From NCBI GenBank assembly GCA_965659025.1, contig CBFHTW010000003.1:1-48377 (forward strand): a DNA stretch of 48,377 bases, given 5' to 3'. Shown one piece after another: positions 1 to 8,470 of this stretch. Each line of letters opens with the position of its first letter. Positions within the stretch are counted from its first letter, which is position 1. The position numbers and the translations under genes were made by a program. Source of the stretch: Minisyncoccia bacterium. GTDB lineage: Bacteria > Patescibacteriota > Minisyncoccia > Phycocordibacterales > UBA2100. Below the pieces are notes generated by a model. It ran no database searches, was not told the DNA's origin, and saw only the letters and a list, made by a program, of their open reading frames with translations.

Positions 1-108
1 GCCCCCACGCTCACTACCACGGCCAACAAATGCGATGTGCTCACATTCCTCACCACCGCGGCCACGGGCACTGTGCGCGTGCTCGGCTCCTCGGTGCTCA
101 ATTTCTAG
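1..108 (+). CDS. 3' end of a CDS entering the window; phage tail-fibre-like C-terminus
   Basis: Frame 1 reads APTLTTTANKCDVLTFLTTAATGTVRVLGSSVLNF then TAG at 106-108. APTLTTTANKxD resembles tail-fibre/surface protein C-termini. Confidence 0.55.
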   Translation, partial: APTLTTTANKCDVLTFLTTAATGTVRVLGSSVLNF

Positions 109-109
109 T

Positions 110-610
110 ATGCGTAAACAGACAAACAACTTCGCCTTTATTGACAGCCAAAACGTAAATTTGGCCATCCGCGAGCTTGGATGGAAACTGGATTGGCGGC
201 GCTTTCGTGTGTATCTGCGAGAAAAATACGGAGTGACGAAAGCGTTTCTGTTCATCGGATTCATTGAGGGGAACAATGATCTGTACACCACACTGCAAGA
301 TGCCGGCTTTCTTTGTGTTTTTAAGCCGACGCTCACCTACAAAGACGGCACGACCAAGGGCAACTGTGATGCCGAACTCGTGCTACATGCTATGGTGGAA
401 TACCCCAATTATGAAAAGGCGATTATTGTAACGGGTGACGGCGATTTTTATTGTCTTGTCCAATATTGGATAGAACACAACAAGTTGGAGCGTGTTTTGA
501 TTCCTAACTATTTTAAGTTTTCCGCGCTACTTAAACGATTTGGAAGGAAACAGTTAGATTTTATGAACGATTTACGGGGACGTTTAGAATATAAGAAAAG
601 GACCCCGTAG
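110..610 (+). CDS. NYN domain (LabA/DUF88, PIN-fold) putative RNase
   Basis: Motifs AFIDSQNV, KGNCDAEL and IVTGDGDF. ATG at 110 directly follows the upstream stop. Confidence 0.85.
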   Translation: MRKQTNNFAFIDSQNVNLAIRELGWKLDWRRFRVYLREKYGVTKAFLFIGFIEGNNDLYTTLQDAGFLCVFKPTLTYKDGTTKGNCDAELVLHAMVEYPNYEKAIIVTGDGDFYCLVQYWIEHNKLERVLIPNYFKFSALLKRFGRKQLDFMNDLRGRLEYKKRTP

Positions 611-636
611 GGACGGAACCCTACGAGGGACTTTTC
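595..636. other. Stem-loop spanning the NYN stop codon
   Basis: GAAAAG/CTTTTC, CCC/GGG and CGTAGGG/CCCTACG pair around the loop ACGGAA. Confidence 0.55.
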
Positions 637-644
637 GTGGTGAT

Positions 645-1652
645 ATGTATATGCTACCGAACCAAAAAACAAAGTCAAGCGGATCGCGGAAACACCGGTG
701 GGTGCTCATCCTGCTTGCTTTGATTTGCGCATTTGGCGGGTATGCGTGGCAATTCACAGTAGGATTGCCGCGGGCAAATGCCGCGGCGACGGTGATTTTT
801 CTCACTTCAGGGACGAGCTGGACGGTGCCGGCGAATTGGAACTCGGCGAATAACACCATTGAGGTGATTGGTGGAGGTGGAAGTGGACGTAGTTACATTA
901 GTGCTGGCGGGGCAGGGAGTTGGGAGAAATCGGCAGGCGGCGGCGGAGGCGGTTATTCAAAGACAACAAATATTACCCTAACTCCAGGCGCATCTGTTTC
1001 TTATATGGTTGGAACTGGAGGCGCTGCTAAAACAACCACTAGTAATGGAAGTGCCGGTGGCGATACGTATTTTAATGGCGCAAGCTGTGCGGCGGCGTCG
1101 GCGTGCGCCAAGGGTGGTGGTGGGGGCACAAATGGCACCGGTGGTTCAGGTGGGGCCGCCGCGAGCGGTGTTGGTTCCACGAAATACAGCGGCGGCCGCG
1201 GTGGTAATGGCTCGGGCAGTGTAATGAATGCATTGGGTGGCGGTGGAGCCGCTGGCCCCAATGGAAATGGTAATAATGGTGTTGATTCTAGTAGTAGCAC
1301 TGCTACTAATGGCGGTTCTGGTGACGCTGGGTCAGGCGGTTCTGGCGGCTCTGGTTCCACTACGGGAAATGGTGGAAATGGAGGTTCTGGTTCCGAGTTT
1401 GATGCAAGTCATGGTAGTGGAGGTGGTGGAGGAGGTAGTAAATACTATGTTGGAGGTGCTGCGGATATATATGCTGGGTCCGGTGGTAACTATGGTGCCG
1501 GTGGTGGGGGTATCAACACAGCATCCTATGCGGAACTCGGTGACTCCGGGATTAAAAGTTCTGGAGCTGGCGCACAAGGTCTCATCGTAATCACTTATAC
1601 CCCAGCGGCGGCTGCCGGCGGCACTTCATTCCTCATGGGTATGGAATTTTGA
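645..1652 (+). CDS. Secreted or membrane-anchored glycine-rich protein (phage tail-fibre-like Gly-rich domain)
   Basis: N-terminal hydrophobic segment, then SWTVP..IEVIGGGG, Gly-rich repeats and a GAQGLIVITY cap. Confidence 0.7.
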   Translation: MYMLPNQKTKSSGSRKHRWVLILLALICAFGGYAWQFTVGLPRANAAATVIFLTSGTSWTVPANWNSANNTIEVIGGGGSGRSYISAGGAGSWEKSAGGGGGGYSKTTNITLTPGASVSYMVGTGGAAKTTTSNGSAGGDTYFNGASCAAASACAKGGGGGTNGTGGSGGAAASGVGSTKYSGGRGGNGSGSVMNALGGGGAAGPNGNGNNGVDSSSSTATNGGSGDAGSGGSGGSGSTTGNGGNGGSGSEFDASHGSGGGGGGSKYYVGGAADIYAGSGGNYGAGGGGINTASYAELGDSGIKSSGAGAQGLIVITYTPAAAAGGTSFLMGMEF

Positions 1653-2209
1653 ATATGACATTTTTTCAACACATCGTTCGCACAACTGTTCTATTAGTAG
1701 TATGTGTCGCGATTATTGCACTGCCGTGGGTGGTGCGGCCGTACAGAGTGCAGGGCGGCTCTATGTATCCCACGCTCAAAGACGGGCAGGTGGTGTTTAT
1801 TGAAACCATCTCGCAGTATGTGATGAGGCCCTCGCGCGGGGAGATTATGGTCCTACACAATCCGCACAAGCCGAGCGAGACAGACATCAAGCGCGTCATT
1901 GGATTGCCTGGCGAGACAGTACATGTCTTGCCGGATAGGGTGGTTATTAGTAAGGCGTGCGGCGGCGCAAGCGGCGCGCCGCTTGCGTCGCACTTGGCGC
2001 CAAGGCTACCCGAGGATGGACCATGCCAAACCACTTACGCCACCTCCACGCCGATAGGCAGGGGCAACAATGGCATCGTCTTTGACATGTTTCTCGGGCC
2101 GCACGACTACTTTGTGCTCGGCGACGACAGGCGCGACAGTTCCGACTCGCGTCTCTTTGGCGCGGTGCAAGAAGAAAACATCATCGGTCGTGTGATATTC
2201 TCAATATGA
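1649..2209 (+). CDS. lepB: Signal peptidase I
   Basis: TM segment, catalytic Ser in GSMYPTL, Lys in IKRVIGLPG, box E GDDRRDSSDSR. Start may be ATG 1655. Confidence 0.9.
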   Translation: MNMTFFQHIVRTTVLLVVCVAIIALPWVVRPYRVQGGSMYPTLKDGQVVFIETISQYVMRPSRGEIMVLHNPHKPSETDIKRVIGLPGETVHVLPDRVVISKACGGASGAPLASHLAPRLPEDGPCQTTYATSTPIGRGNNGIVFDMFLGPHDYFVLGDDRRDSSDSRLFGAVQEENIIGRVIFSI

Positions 2210-3075
2210 TGAACCGCCTGCTCAACTTTCTTCAGTATCACAACGCGGTGCCTATCGCGCTCGGTATTCTGGTGCTCGGTGCCGGAGCGACATTTGCGGC
2301 AACCAATCCGCAAGCGGTGTATAGCCAAACACAGACTCCCGTGTCGGTAGACAACACCTACATCGCGAACAAAGAGCTTTCTTCGTACACACCCCGCGCG
2401 CAAATAATGCAAATAACAGAAGACGCCGACAATTATTATGTAGAGTACGATTTTCTCACCATAGATGTGCAGGAGTATGTGTGGCGCGATGTGAGCAAGC
2501 GAAATACACTCACGGTGGCCAAGAGCGCACTAAGCGGAGGAAACCTCGCCGCGTACGTGACGGAACAATTAAAACAAAATCTTGACCACGAAATAGATCG
2601 TCTGCAAGAATCGCAAACGATCGCGCGCAGAGATGTCTCGCAGAAAACCGTCGCCACTACCTACGGCGGACTCATCGGCGCGTTTTTGGACGAGACGACG
2701 GAGACATTGCCGGGGTACGTGCCGCCGCAAGAGCCGGTTGTCTTATCAGCGCCGCAGGGAAACGTGTCTGTGCAGGCGGGGACTGCAAACACGTCTTCAG
2801 AATCGGCGCTTACGCGTGAGCAAGTGGTGCAAATAATAGAACAGAGGGTCAACGAATTGCTCACGCAACAGCAGACACCGGCCACGACACCTGCGGACAC
2901 TACTCCACCTCCTCCAGCTACAGAAGAGCCGCCTCCTCCGCCTCCCGCACAGGAGACACCGCCAGCACCTACGCCAGAGCCCGCGCCAAGCGAGCCAACA
3001 CCTGAACCATCACCTACGCCAGAGCCTGCGCCAGAGCCGACACCCGCACCCGCCGAAGCGCCTGCGGCGCAATGA
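2206..3075 (+). CDS. Exported hypothetical protein with Pro/Glu/Thr-rich C-terminal stalk
   Basis: Signal/TM segment at the N-terminus, PEPTPEP repeats, ATGA coupling to lepB. Confidence 0.7.
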   Translation: MMNRLLNFLQYHNAVPIALGILVLGAGATFAATNPQAVYSQTQTPVSVDNTYIANKELSSYTPRAQIMQITEDADNYYVEYDFLTIDVQEYVWRDVSKRNTLTVAKSALSGGNLAAYVTEQLKQNLDHEIDRLQESQTIARRDVSQKTVATTYGGLIGAFLDETTETLPGYVPPQEPVVLSAPQGNVSVQAGTANTSSESALTREQVVQIIEQRVNELLTQQQTPATTPADTTPPPPATEEPPPPPPAQETPPAPTPEPAPSEPTPEPSPTPEPAPEPTPAPAEAPAAQ

Positions 3076-3124
3076 ACACAGGTGCGATTGATTGCGCCTT
3101 TTGAGGCCATGGTATACTCGCGCT

Positions 3125-3484
3125 ATGGCAAAGCAGGTTACATTGGATGAGCTCGGAGAAATGATGTCATATGTGGTTGAAAACATGGCCACGAAGGATG
3201 ACATCGCCGCCATCCGCGCAGAGATGGCCACCAAAGACGATATCAAAGACATGGCTACGAAGGATGACCTCGCCACGGGGCTTGCCTCTGTGCGCGCAGA
3301 GATGGCCACCAAAGACGACATCGCCGGCATCATGGCGGAACTCGCCGAGATCAAAATGCGCCTGCGCGAGCTTGAAGAGATTGTGGAAAACCATTCCGGA
3401 TACAGCAAAGACATTGATTACGCGCTTGAACGCATCGCCGCCATTGAAAAACACCTCGGCATAAAGGTGGCCAGGGCTGTCTAA
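3125..3484 (+). CDS. Coiled-coil protein with four MATKDD beta-layer repeats
   Basis: MATKDD encoded at 3185, 3224, 3251 and 3302. -10 box TATACT at 3113-3118. Confidence 0.75.
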   Translation: MAKQVTLDELGEMMSYVVENMATKDDIAAIRAEMATKDDIKDMATKDDLATGLASVRAEMATKDDIAGIMAELAEIKMRLRELEEIVENHSGYSKDIDYALERIAAIEKHLGIKVARAV

Positions 3485-3533
3485 TTTTCGTATCCACACT
3501 TCTGCACCTGTGATTAGGTGCTAGAATCTCCAC

Positions 3534-4580
3534 ATGGCAGTGCGCGTGGCGATAAACGGATTCGGACGCATCGGGAGATGTTTTTTTCGCACGGCGTGGG
3601 GGAATCCGGAGGTAGAGATTGTCGCTATCAATGACCTTGGTGATGCGGAGAATCTCGCATACTTGCTTGCGCACGACAGCGTGTATGGCCGCGCGCCGTT
3701 TGAGGTAGCTTGCAGGGAACAGGCGGAAGGGAGTAGCGGCACTGCGTTGCCGCGCGCGGCGCTTTCAGTGAATGGAAAAGATATTCCGCTTTTGCATGAA
3801 AAAGATCCGGCACGTTTGCCGTGGGGCAGTATTGGCGTGGATGTCGTGATAGAAAGCACAGGATTTTTCACTGATCCGGAAAAGGCGCTCCTGCATCTGA
3901 CGGCGGGTGCCAAGCGCGTGGTAATATCTGCGCCCGCGCATGGCGACGGTGCGCCAACCGTGCTCATGGGTGTGAACGAGCAGGCTCTCAAGACATGCGC
4001 CGTTTCTTCCAACGCTTCATGCACCACCAACGCCGCTTCGCCCATCATCGCCATTTTGAATGAATCTATCGGAATTGAGCGCGCGCTTCTCAACACCACC
4101 CATGCGTACACCGCCGCCCAGGCGATCGTGGATGCTCCCGCGGCCGACGACTTTCGCCGCGGCCGCGCAGGCGCGCACAACATGGCGCCTTCATCCACCG
4201 GCGCGGCTATCGCCGTTACTAAAGCCTACCCCGACCTCGCGGGGAAATTTGATGGCATCGCGGTGCGCGTGCCTGTCATAGCCGGCTCTTTGGTAGACGT
4301 TACTTTTGTCGCCAAGCGTGCGACCACTGCTGAAGAGGTGAATGCGATACTTGAAAAAGCCGCCGCCACGGCGCGCTGGCAAGGAATTTTCACAACTACG
4401 CGCGAGCCGCTCGTATCTTCGGATATTGTGGGCCAGCCATTTGGTTCTATCGCCGATCTTTCACTTACGCGTGTAGCAGACGGCACGCTCGTAAAGGTGC
4501 TCGCCTGGTACGACAACGAAATGGGGTATACACACACACTCCTGCGGCATGTGCTTGCGAGCGTACGCGCGGTACAATAA
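3534..4580 (+). CDS. gap: Glyceraldehyde-3-phosphate dehydrogenase type I
   Basis: INGFGRIGR, SNASCTTN and WYDNEMGY motifs. Confidence 0.97.
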   Translation: MAVRVAINGFGRIGRCFFRTAWGNPEVEIVAINDLGDAENLAYLLAHDSVYGRAPFEVACREQAEGSSGTALPRAALSVNGKDIPLLHEKDPARLPWGSIGVDVVIESTGFFTDPEKALLHLTAGAKRVVISAPAHGDGAPTVLMGVNEQALKTCAVSSNASCTTNAASPIIAILNESIGIERALLNTTHAYTAAQAIVDAPAADDFRRGRAGAHNMAPSSTGAAIAVTKAYPDLAGKFDGIAVRVPVIAGSLVDVTFVAKRATTAEEVNAILEKAAATARWQGIFTTTREPLVSSDIVGQPFGSIADLSLTRVADGTLVKVLAWYDNEMGYTHTLLRHVLASVRAVQ

Positions 4581-4584
4581 CGCC

Positions 4585-5022
4585 ATGCAACTATTCATTG
4601 CCGCTGATCATGCAGGGTTTGAAATGAAAGCGCGTCTTGCGGAAATACTGCGCGCGCGCGGGTACGATGTAAACGACATGGGCGCGCACGCATACGACAA
4701 AGATGACGACTATCCCGATGTTGTCTTGCCGCTCGCGCGCGCCGTGGCGACGGAGGAAGGAGCATTTGGTATCGTGCTTGGCAAGAGCGGCCACGGCGAA
4801 GCGATGGCGGCCAACAGAGTGCATGGCGCGCGCGCCGTGCTTTTCTGCGGTGAGGAGACACAACTGAAACTCTCGCGCGAACACAACAACGCAAACATTC
4901 TTTCTATCGGCACCGACTTTACGACGCCGGAGAAGGCGGCGGCCGCGATTGAGGCATGGCTCCAAACACCCTTTTCAGGCGATGATCGGCACGTGCGCCG
5001 CATTGTCAAACTAGACGCATGA
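4585..5022 (+). CDS. rpiB: Ribose-5-phosphate isomerase B
   Basis: ADHAG, DDYPD and REHNNAN motifs. GKSGHGE replaces CGxG (Cys-less type). Confidence 0.92.
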   Translation: MQLFIAADHAGFEMKARLAEILRARGYDVNDMGAHAYDKDDDYPDVVLPLARAVATEEGAFGIVLGKSGHGEAMAANRVHGARAVLFCGEETQLKLSREHNNANILSIGTDFTTPEKAAAAIEAWLQTPFSGDDRHVRRIVKLDA

Positions 5023-5738
5023 ACACCCGCGCTGTCTGTGCTCCGGAAATTATTCCCGCACTCCTCTCATCGGAGCTCTCCGGGCTGGTGGCGCGCGCTT
5101 CTGAATGCGCCGCGCTTTCCGCATGGATGCAGGTGGACGTGGTGGACGGCGCATTTGCATCGCCCGCATCGTGGCCTTTTGCCGGAGAAGCGGAAGAGGG
5201 CGAAGTGGCGGATGTGCTTTCGCGTTTGCCGCAGTCTGCTCGCTACGAGGCGCATCTTATGGCCAATGATCCGGAAGTGCTCGCGGGCAATCTTATGCGC
5301 GCCGGATTTTCTCGCATCGTCTTTCATATAGAGTCGTTTTCGGATGTGGAGGCGGCGCGCGCCGCGCTCGGCGCGGCGCGCGCACACGGCGCAGAAGCGG
5401 GCGTCGCCATCAATCTGGACACCCCGCTTTCATCTATTGATACTCTGGTGGACATCTGCGACGTAGTGCAGGTGATGAGCATCGCATCCATCGGCAAGCA
5501 AGGACAACTTTTTGACGACAGGGCACTGCCGCGCATTGAAGAATTGCGCGCGGAGTATCCGGCGCTCACCATCGCGGTAGACGGCGGCATCACCGAGGCC
5601 AATGTAGAAGAAATCGTGCGCGCGGGCGCCGACAGACTAATCGTCGGCTCTTCGCTCTTTGAACAAGACGATGTCGCGCGCACCTACGCGCGCCTGCTTT
5701 CACGCGCACAGGCCGGTTGTGCACCGCGCGTTTCTTAA
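5019..5738 (+). CDS. rpe: Ribulose-phosphate 3-epimerase
   Basis: QVDVVDG, EAHLM, VQVMS, VDGGI and VGS motifs, in a pentose phosphate cluster. Confidence 0.9.
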   Translation: MNTRAVCAPEIIPALLSSELSGLVARASECAALSAWMQVDVVDGAFASPASWPFAGEAEEGEVADVLSRLPQSARYEAHLMANDPEVLAGNLMRAGFSRIVFHIESFSDVEAARAALGAARAHGAEAGVAINLDTPLSSIDTLVDICDVVQVMSIASIGKQGQLFDDRALPRIEELRAEYPALTIAVDGGITEANVEEIVRAGADRLIVGSSLFEQDDVARTYARLLSRAQAGCAPRVS

Positions 5739-5757
5739 ACTCGGATACAATATAGAG

Positions 5758-6618
5758 ATGGAACCGCTTACCGATGCCGACGAAGCGATGCTCGCACAGA
5801 AAGCTGAAGCTATCCGCGAGACGATTGTGCAGATGCTTGTTGCCGCTGGTTCTGGACACACCGCAGGCCCCCTGGGGCTCGCGGATATATTCACAGCATT
5901 GTATTTTCGCGTACTCCGACACGACCCGCGCAATCCAGAATGGGAAGAGAGAGACAGGCTCGTGCTCTCCAACGGACACACTGCGCCGGTGCGCTACGCC
6001 GCGATGGCACACGCGGGATACTTTCCGGTGGAAGAATGTCTGACGCTCAGAAAATTCGGCTCGCGCTTGCAGGGGCATCCCGAGCGCGCCCGTTTGCCCG
6101 GGCTTGAGACGACATCGGGCCCCTTGGGCGAAGGGCTTTCGCAAGCGTCCGGCATGGCATGGGCGGCGCGCGCCGACGGCAAGACACACCGCGTGTACTG
6201 CGTGCTCTCCGACGGCGAACACGACGCGGGTAACACATGGGAGGCGCTCATGTTTGCCGCGGCACAAAGACTCTCCAACCTCACGGTCATCGTGGATCGC
6301 AATAATATCCAGATAGACGGTTTTACGGAGAGCGTGATGCCCCTGGAGCCTTTGCGCGAAAAATATGAATCATTCGGCTGGCACGTGCTAGAGGTAGACG
6401 GACACAACATTCCGCAGATCATTGCGGCGTGTGCAGAGGCAGGGGCTATTCGCGAGCGGCCGACGGCGATTATCGCGCACACGATACCAGGCAAGGGTGT
6501 GCGCGAGATTGAATTTGACTATCGCTGGCATGGCAAACCGCCGAGCCAAGAAGAGGCGGCGCGTTTTTTGAGTCAGTTGCGCACCCTTGGTGGCAAGGTT
6601 GCCGGTGAACATCAATAG
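5758..6618 (+). CDS. tkt: Transketolase N-terminal subunit
   Basis: SGH, LSNGH, LQGHP and TPP motif SDGE..N. Confidence 0.95.
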   Translation: MEPLTDADEAMLAQKAEAIRETIVQMLVAAGSGHTAGPLGLADIFTALYFRVLRHDPRNPEWEERDRLVLSNGHTAPVRYAAMAHAGYFPVEECLTLRKFGSRLQGHPERARLPGLETTSGPLGEGLSQASGMAWAARADGKTHRVYCVLSDGEHDAGNTWEALMFAAAQRLSNLTVIVDRNNIQIDGFTESVMPLEPLREKYESFGWHVLEVDGHNIPQIIAACAEAGAIRERPTAIIAHTIPGKGVREIEFDYRWHGKPPSQEEAARFLSQLRTLGGKVAGEHQ

Positions 6619-6623
6619 TATTT

Positions 6624-7616
6624 ATGCAACACAAAGACATGTATATGCGAGAGGATGTGTGCGCGGCGACAGCGGAGGCGGCCACGCGCGACGGCTTCGG
6701 CGCGGCGCTGGTGGAGCTTGGCGAGCGCGACAGCCGCGTGGTGGTTTTGTGCGCCGATCTCTCCGAGAGCACGCGTACACTCGCGTTTAAGGAGAAGTTT
6801 CCCGAGCGTTTTATAGAAGTGGGCGTTGCCGAACAAAACCTCGCCGCGCTCGCAAGCGGTATCGCCGCCGCAGGGAAGATTCCGTTTATCGCTTCGTATG
6901 CGGTGTTTAGCCCGGGACGCAATTGGGAACAATTGCGCACCAGCGCGGCGCTCAACACTATGCCGGTGAAGATTGCGGGCATGCATGCGGGCGTCTCTGT
7001 GGGGCCCGATGGCGCGACACACCAAGCGCTTGAAGACATATCGCTCATGCGCGTGTTGCCTGGCATGACAGTGCTCTCGCCATGTGACAGTGAAGAGGCG
7101 CGCAAGGCCACGATCGCCGCCGCTTCGCTTGCCGGGCCGGTGTACCTGCGTCTCACTCGCGAAAAGACGCCCGTCATGACTACGCCGCAGACGCCGTTTG
7201 AGATAGGGAAGGTCAATCTATTGTGGAGCGCGGATGCGCCGCAGGTGGTGCTCTGCGCCACGGGGCCTTTGGTGCACCAGGCGCTTTGCGCCGCACGCGC
7301 GCTTGAGGCAGATGGAGTGGGCACGGTGGTGCTAAACGTGCACACGATAAAGCCGCTGGACGAAGAGGGGATTCTTGCGCAGGTGCGCGTGTGCGGCGCG
7401 GTGGTGAGTGTGGAAGAACACCAAATCGCCGGAGGATTGGGCGGCGCGATTGCCGAGCTCTTGGCGCGCCGAGCCCCTGTCCCTATGGAATTTGTAGGCG
7501 TGCAAGACCGCTTCGGGCAGTCCGGCACTCCGGAAGAGCTTTTGGAACATTATGGACTCACCGCGCCGCATATCATTGAAGCGGCGAAGCGCGCGGTTGC
7601 GCGAAAGGGTATGTAG
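6624..7616 (+). CDS. tkt: Transketolase C-terminal subunit
   Basis: ADLSES, GVAEQN, DGATHQ, VEEH and DRFGQSG motifs. Confidence 0.95.
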   Translation: MQHKDMYMREDVCAATAEAATRDGFGAALVELGERDSRVVVLCADLSESTRTLAFKEKFPERFIEVGVAEQNLAALASGIAAAGKIPFIASYAVFSPGRNWEQLRTSAALNTMPVKIAGMHAGVSVGPDGATHQALEDISLMRVLPGMTVLSPCDSEEARKATIAAASLAGPVYLRLTREKTPVMTTPQTPFEIGKVNLLWSADAPQVVLCATGPLVHQALCAARALEADGVGTVVLNVHTIKPLDEEGILAQVRVCGAVVSVEEHQIAGGLGGAIAELLARRAPVPMEFVGVQDRFGQSGTPEELLEHYGLTAPHIIEAAKRAVARKGM

Positions 7617-7620
7617 TAGT

Positions 7621-7732
7621 GCACATAACATATTTGGGTCGCGATTTTTCTGCTGAAAAATCGCTCCGTTTCGCGCGCCCTGCCTGTCGGCAGGCAGGCG
7701 TCGCGCTGCAAAGACCCAAATATGTTATGCGC
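7621..7732. repeat. Structured palindromic element, copy 1 (MITE/REP-like or ncRNA)
   Basis: 20-bp terminal IR 7621-7640/7713-7732 (1 mismatch), inner hairpin GCGATTTTTC-TGCT-GAAAAATCGC, palindrome CCTGCCTGTCGGCAGGCAGG at 7679-7698. Related copy at 41100-41235. Confidence 0.8.
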
Positions 7733-7748
7733 GCTATCTTGTACAGAC

Positions 7749-7785
7749 AAAAAAGAAAGACCCGCAGCACTGTTGCTGCGGGTCT
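7749..7785 (-). terminator. Intrinsic terminator
   Basis: 12-bp stem AGACCCGCAGCA/TGCTGCGGGTCT with an A-tract on the left, downstream of the minus-strand gene. Confidence 0.7.
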
Positions 7786-7800
7786 GTGTTTTGCCTGACT

Positions 7801-8376
7801 TCACCCGGCGGTGGGGAAGGGGGTCGTGCAACCGCGCGTCTCTTGATACGCGGTGTGCCGCCCAAACTGCCCGACGGAAGAGAGTTTCTCAAAGAACTTG
7901 TTTCCGTTCTTGGAGACACCCTGCCCGTCCGTGCGCTTGTAGTAGCGCACACATTGCCATCCCTTCGGCAGAGTGAGCTCGCCCGAGCGCGCTTGCGCGA
8001 TGAGATCGCGCGCGACTGCCTCGGCCTGCGCCCACCTTGCCTTCTCGGAGCGCTTCGTGGCCAGGCGATAGTCCAGCGTCCAGCTGAACTGCTTGTCCGC
8101 GCCGACGATACCGCAAAGTGTCTTTGCGGGAGCGCGTTTGGCCCGGAGTGCGTCGGTGAGACGCGCGAGCGTAATCGTACCGATCAAACGCTGGCTGGAG
8201 GAGTCTTCACCACGGGCTTCGTGGTAGAGATTTTCCGCCAGGCACATCGTCGCCTGCTCTGTGCGCGCATGCACGCGCGCAGTGTAGACGAGCGCGCCCA
8301 AAAACATGAGCGCACCGAAACCGAGTGAGGTGAGTGCCGCGATGCGCGGCAACTTGTCTTTGAACTCAACGAGCAT
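7801..8376 (-). CDS. Cell wall hydrolase (Hydrolase_2, SleB/CwlJ-like), membrane anchored
   Basis: CLAENLYHEARGE, QFSW and GRHTAY motifs, N-terminal TM segment. Confidence 0.8.
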   Translation of the reverse strand: MLVEFKDKLPRIAALTSLGFGALMFLGALVYTARVHARTEQATMCLAENLYHEARGEDSSSQRLIGTITLARLTDALRAKRAPAKTLCGIVGADKQFSWTLDYRLATKRSEKARWAQAEAVARDLIAQARSGELTLPKGWQCVRYYKRTDGQGVSKNGNKFFEKLSSVGQFGRHTAYQETRGCTTPFPTAG

Positions 8377-8470
8377 TTTTTCCTCCTACTCAATACAAAA
8401 AGAGGACCATACCTCTGCGTTCTATTGTATCACAAATTGCAAGAAAGTCAATGTCTAGAAAACCGAGCAA

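Noticed and set aside
645-3075. Prophage
   Set aside because: No capsid, terminase, portal or lysis cassette is present, and the fibre-like proteins carry export signals.
3185-3319. CRISPR-like spaced repeats
   Set aside because: The repeats are in frame, vary at synonymous positions and encode MATKDD. No cas genes or arrays were seen in the window.
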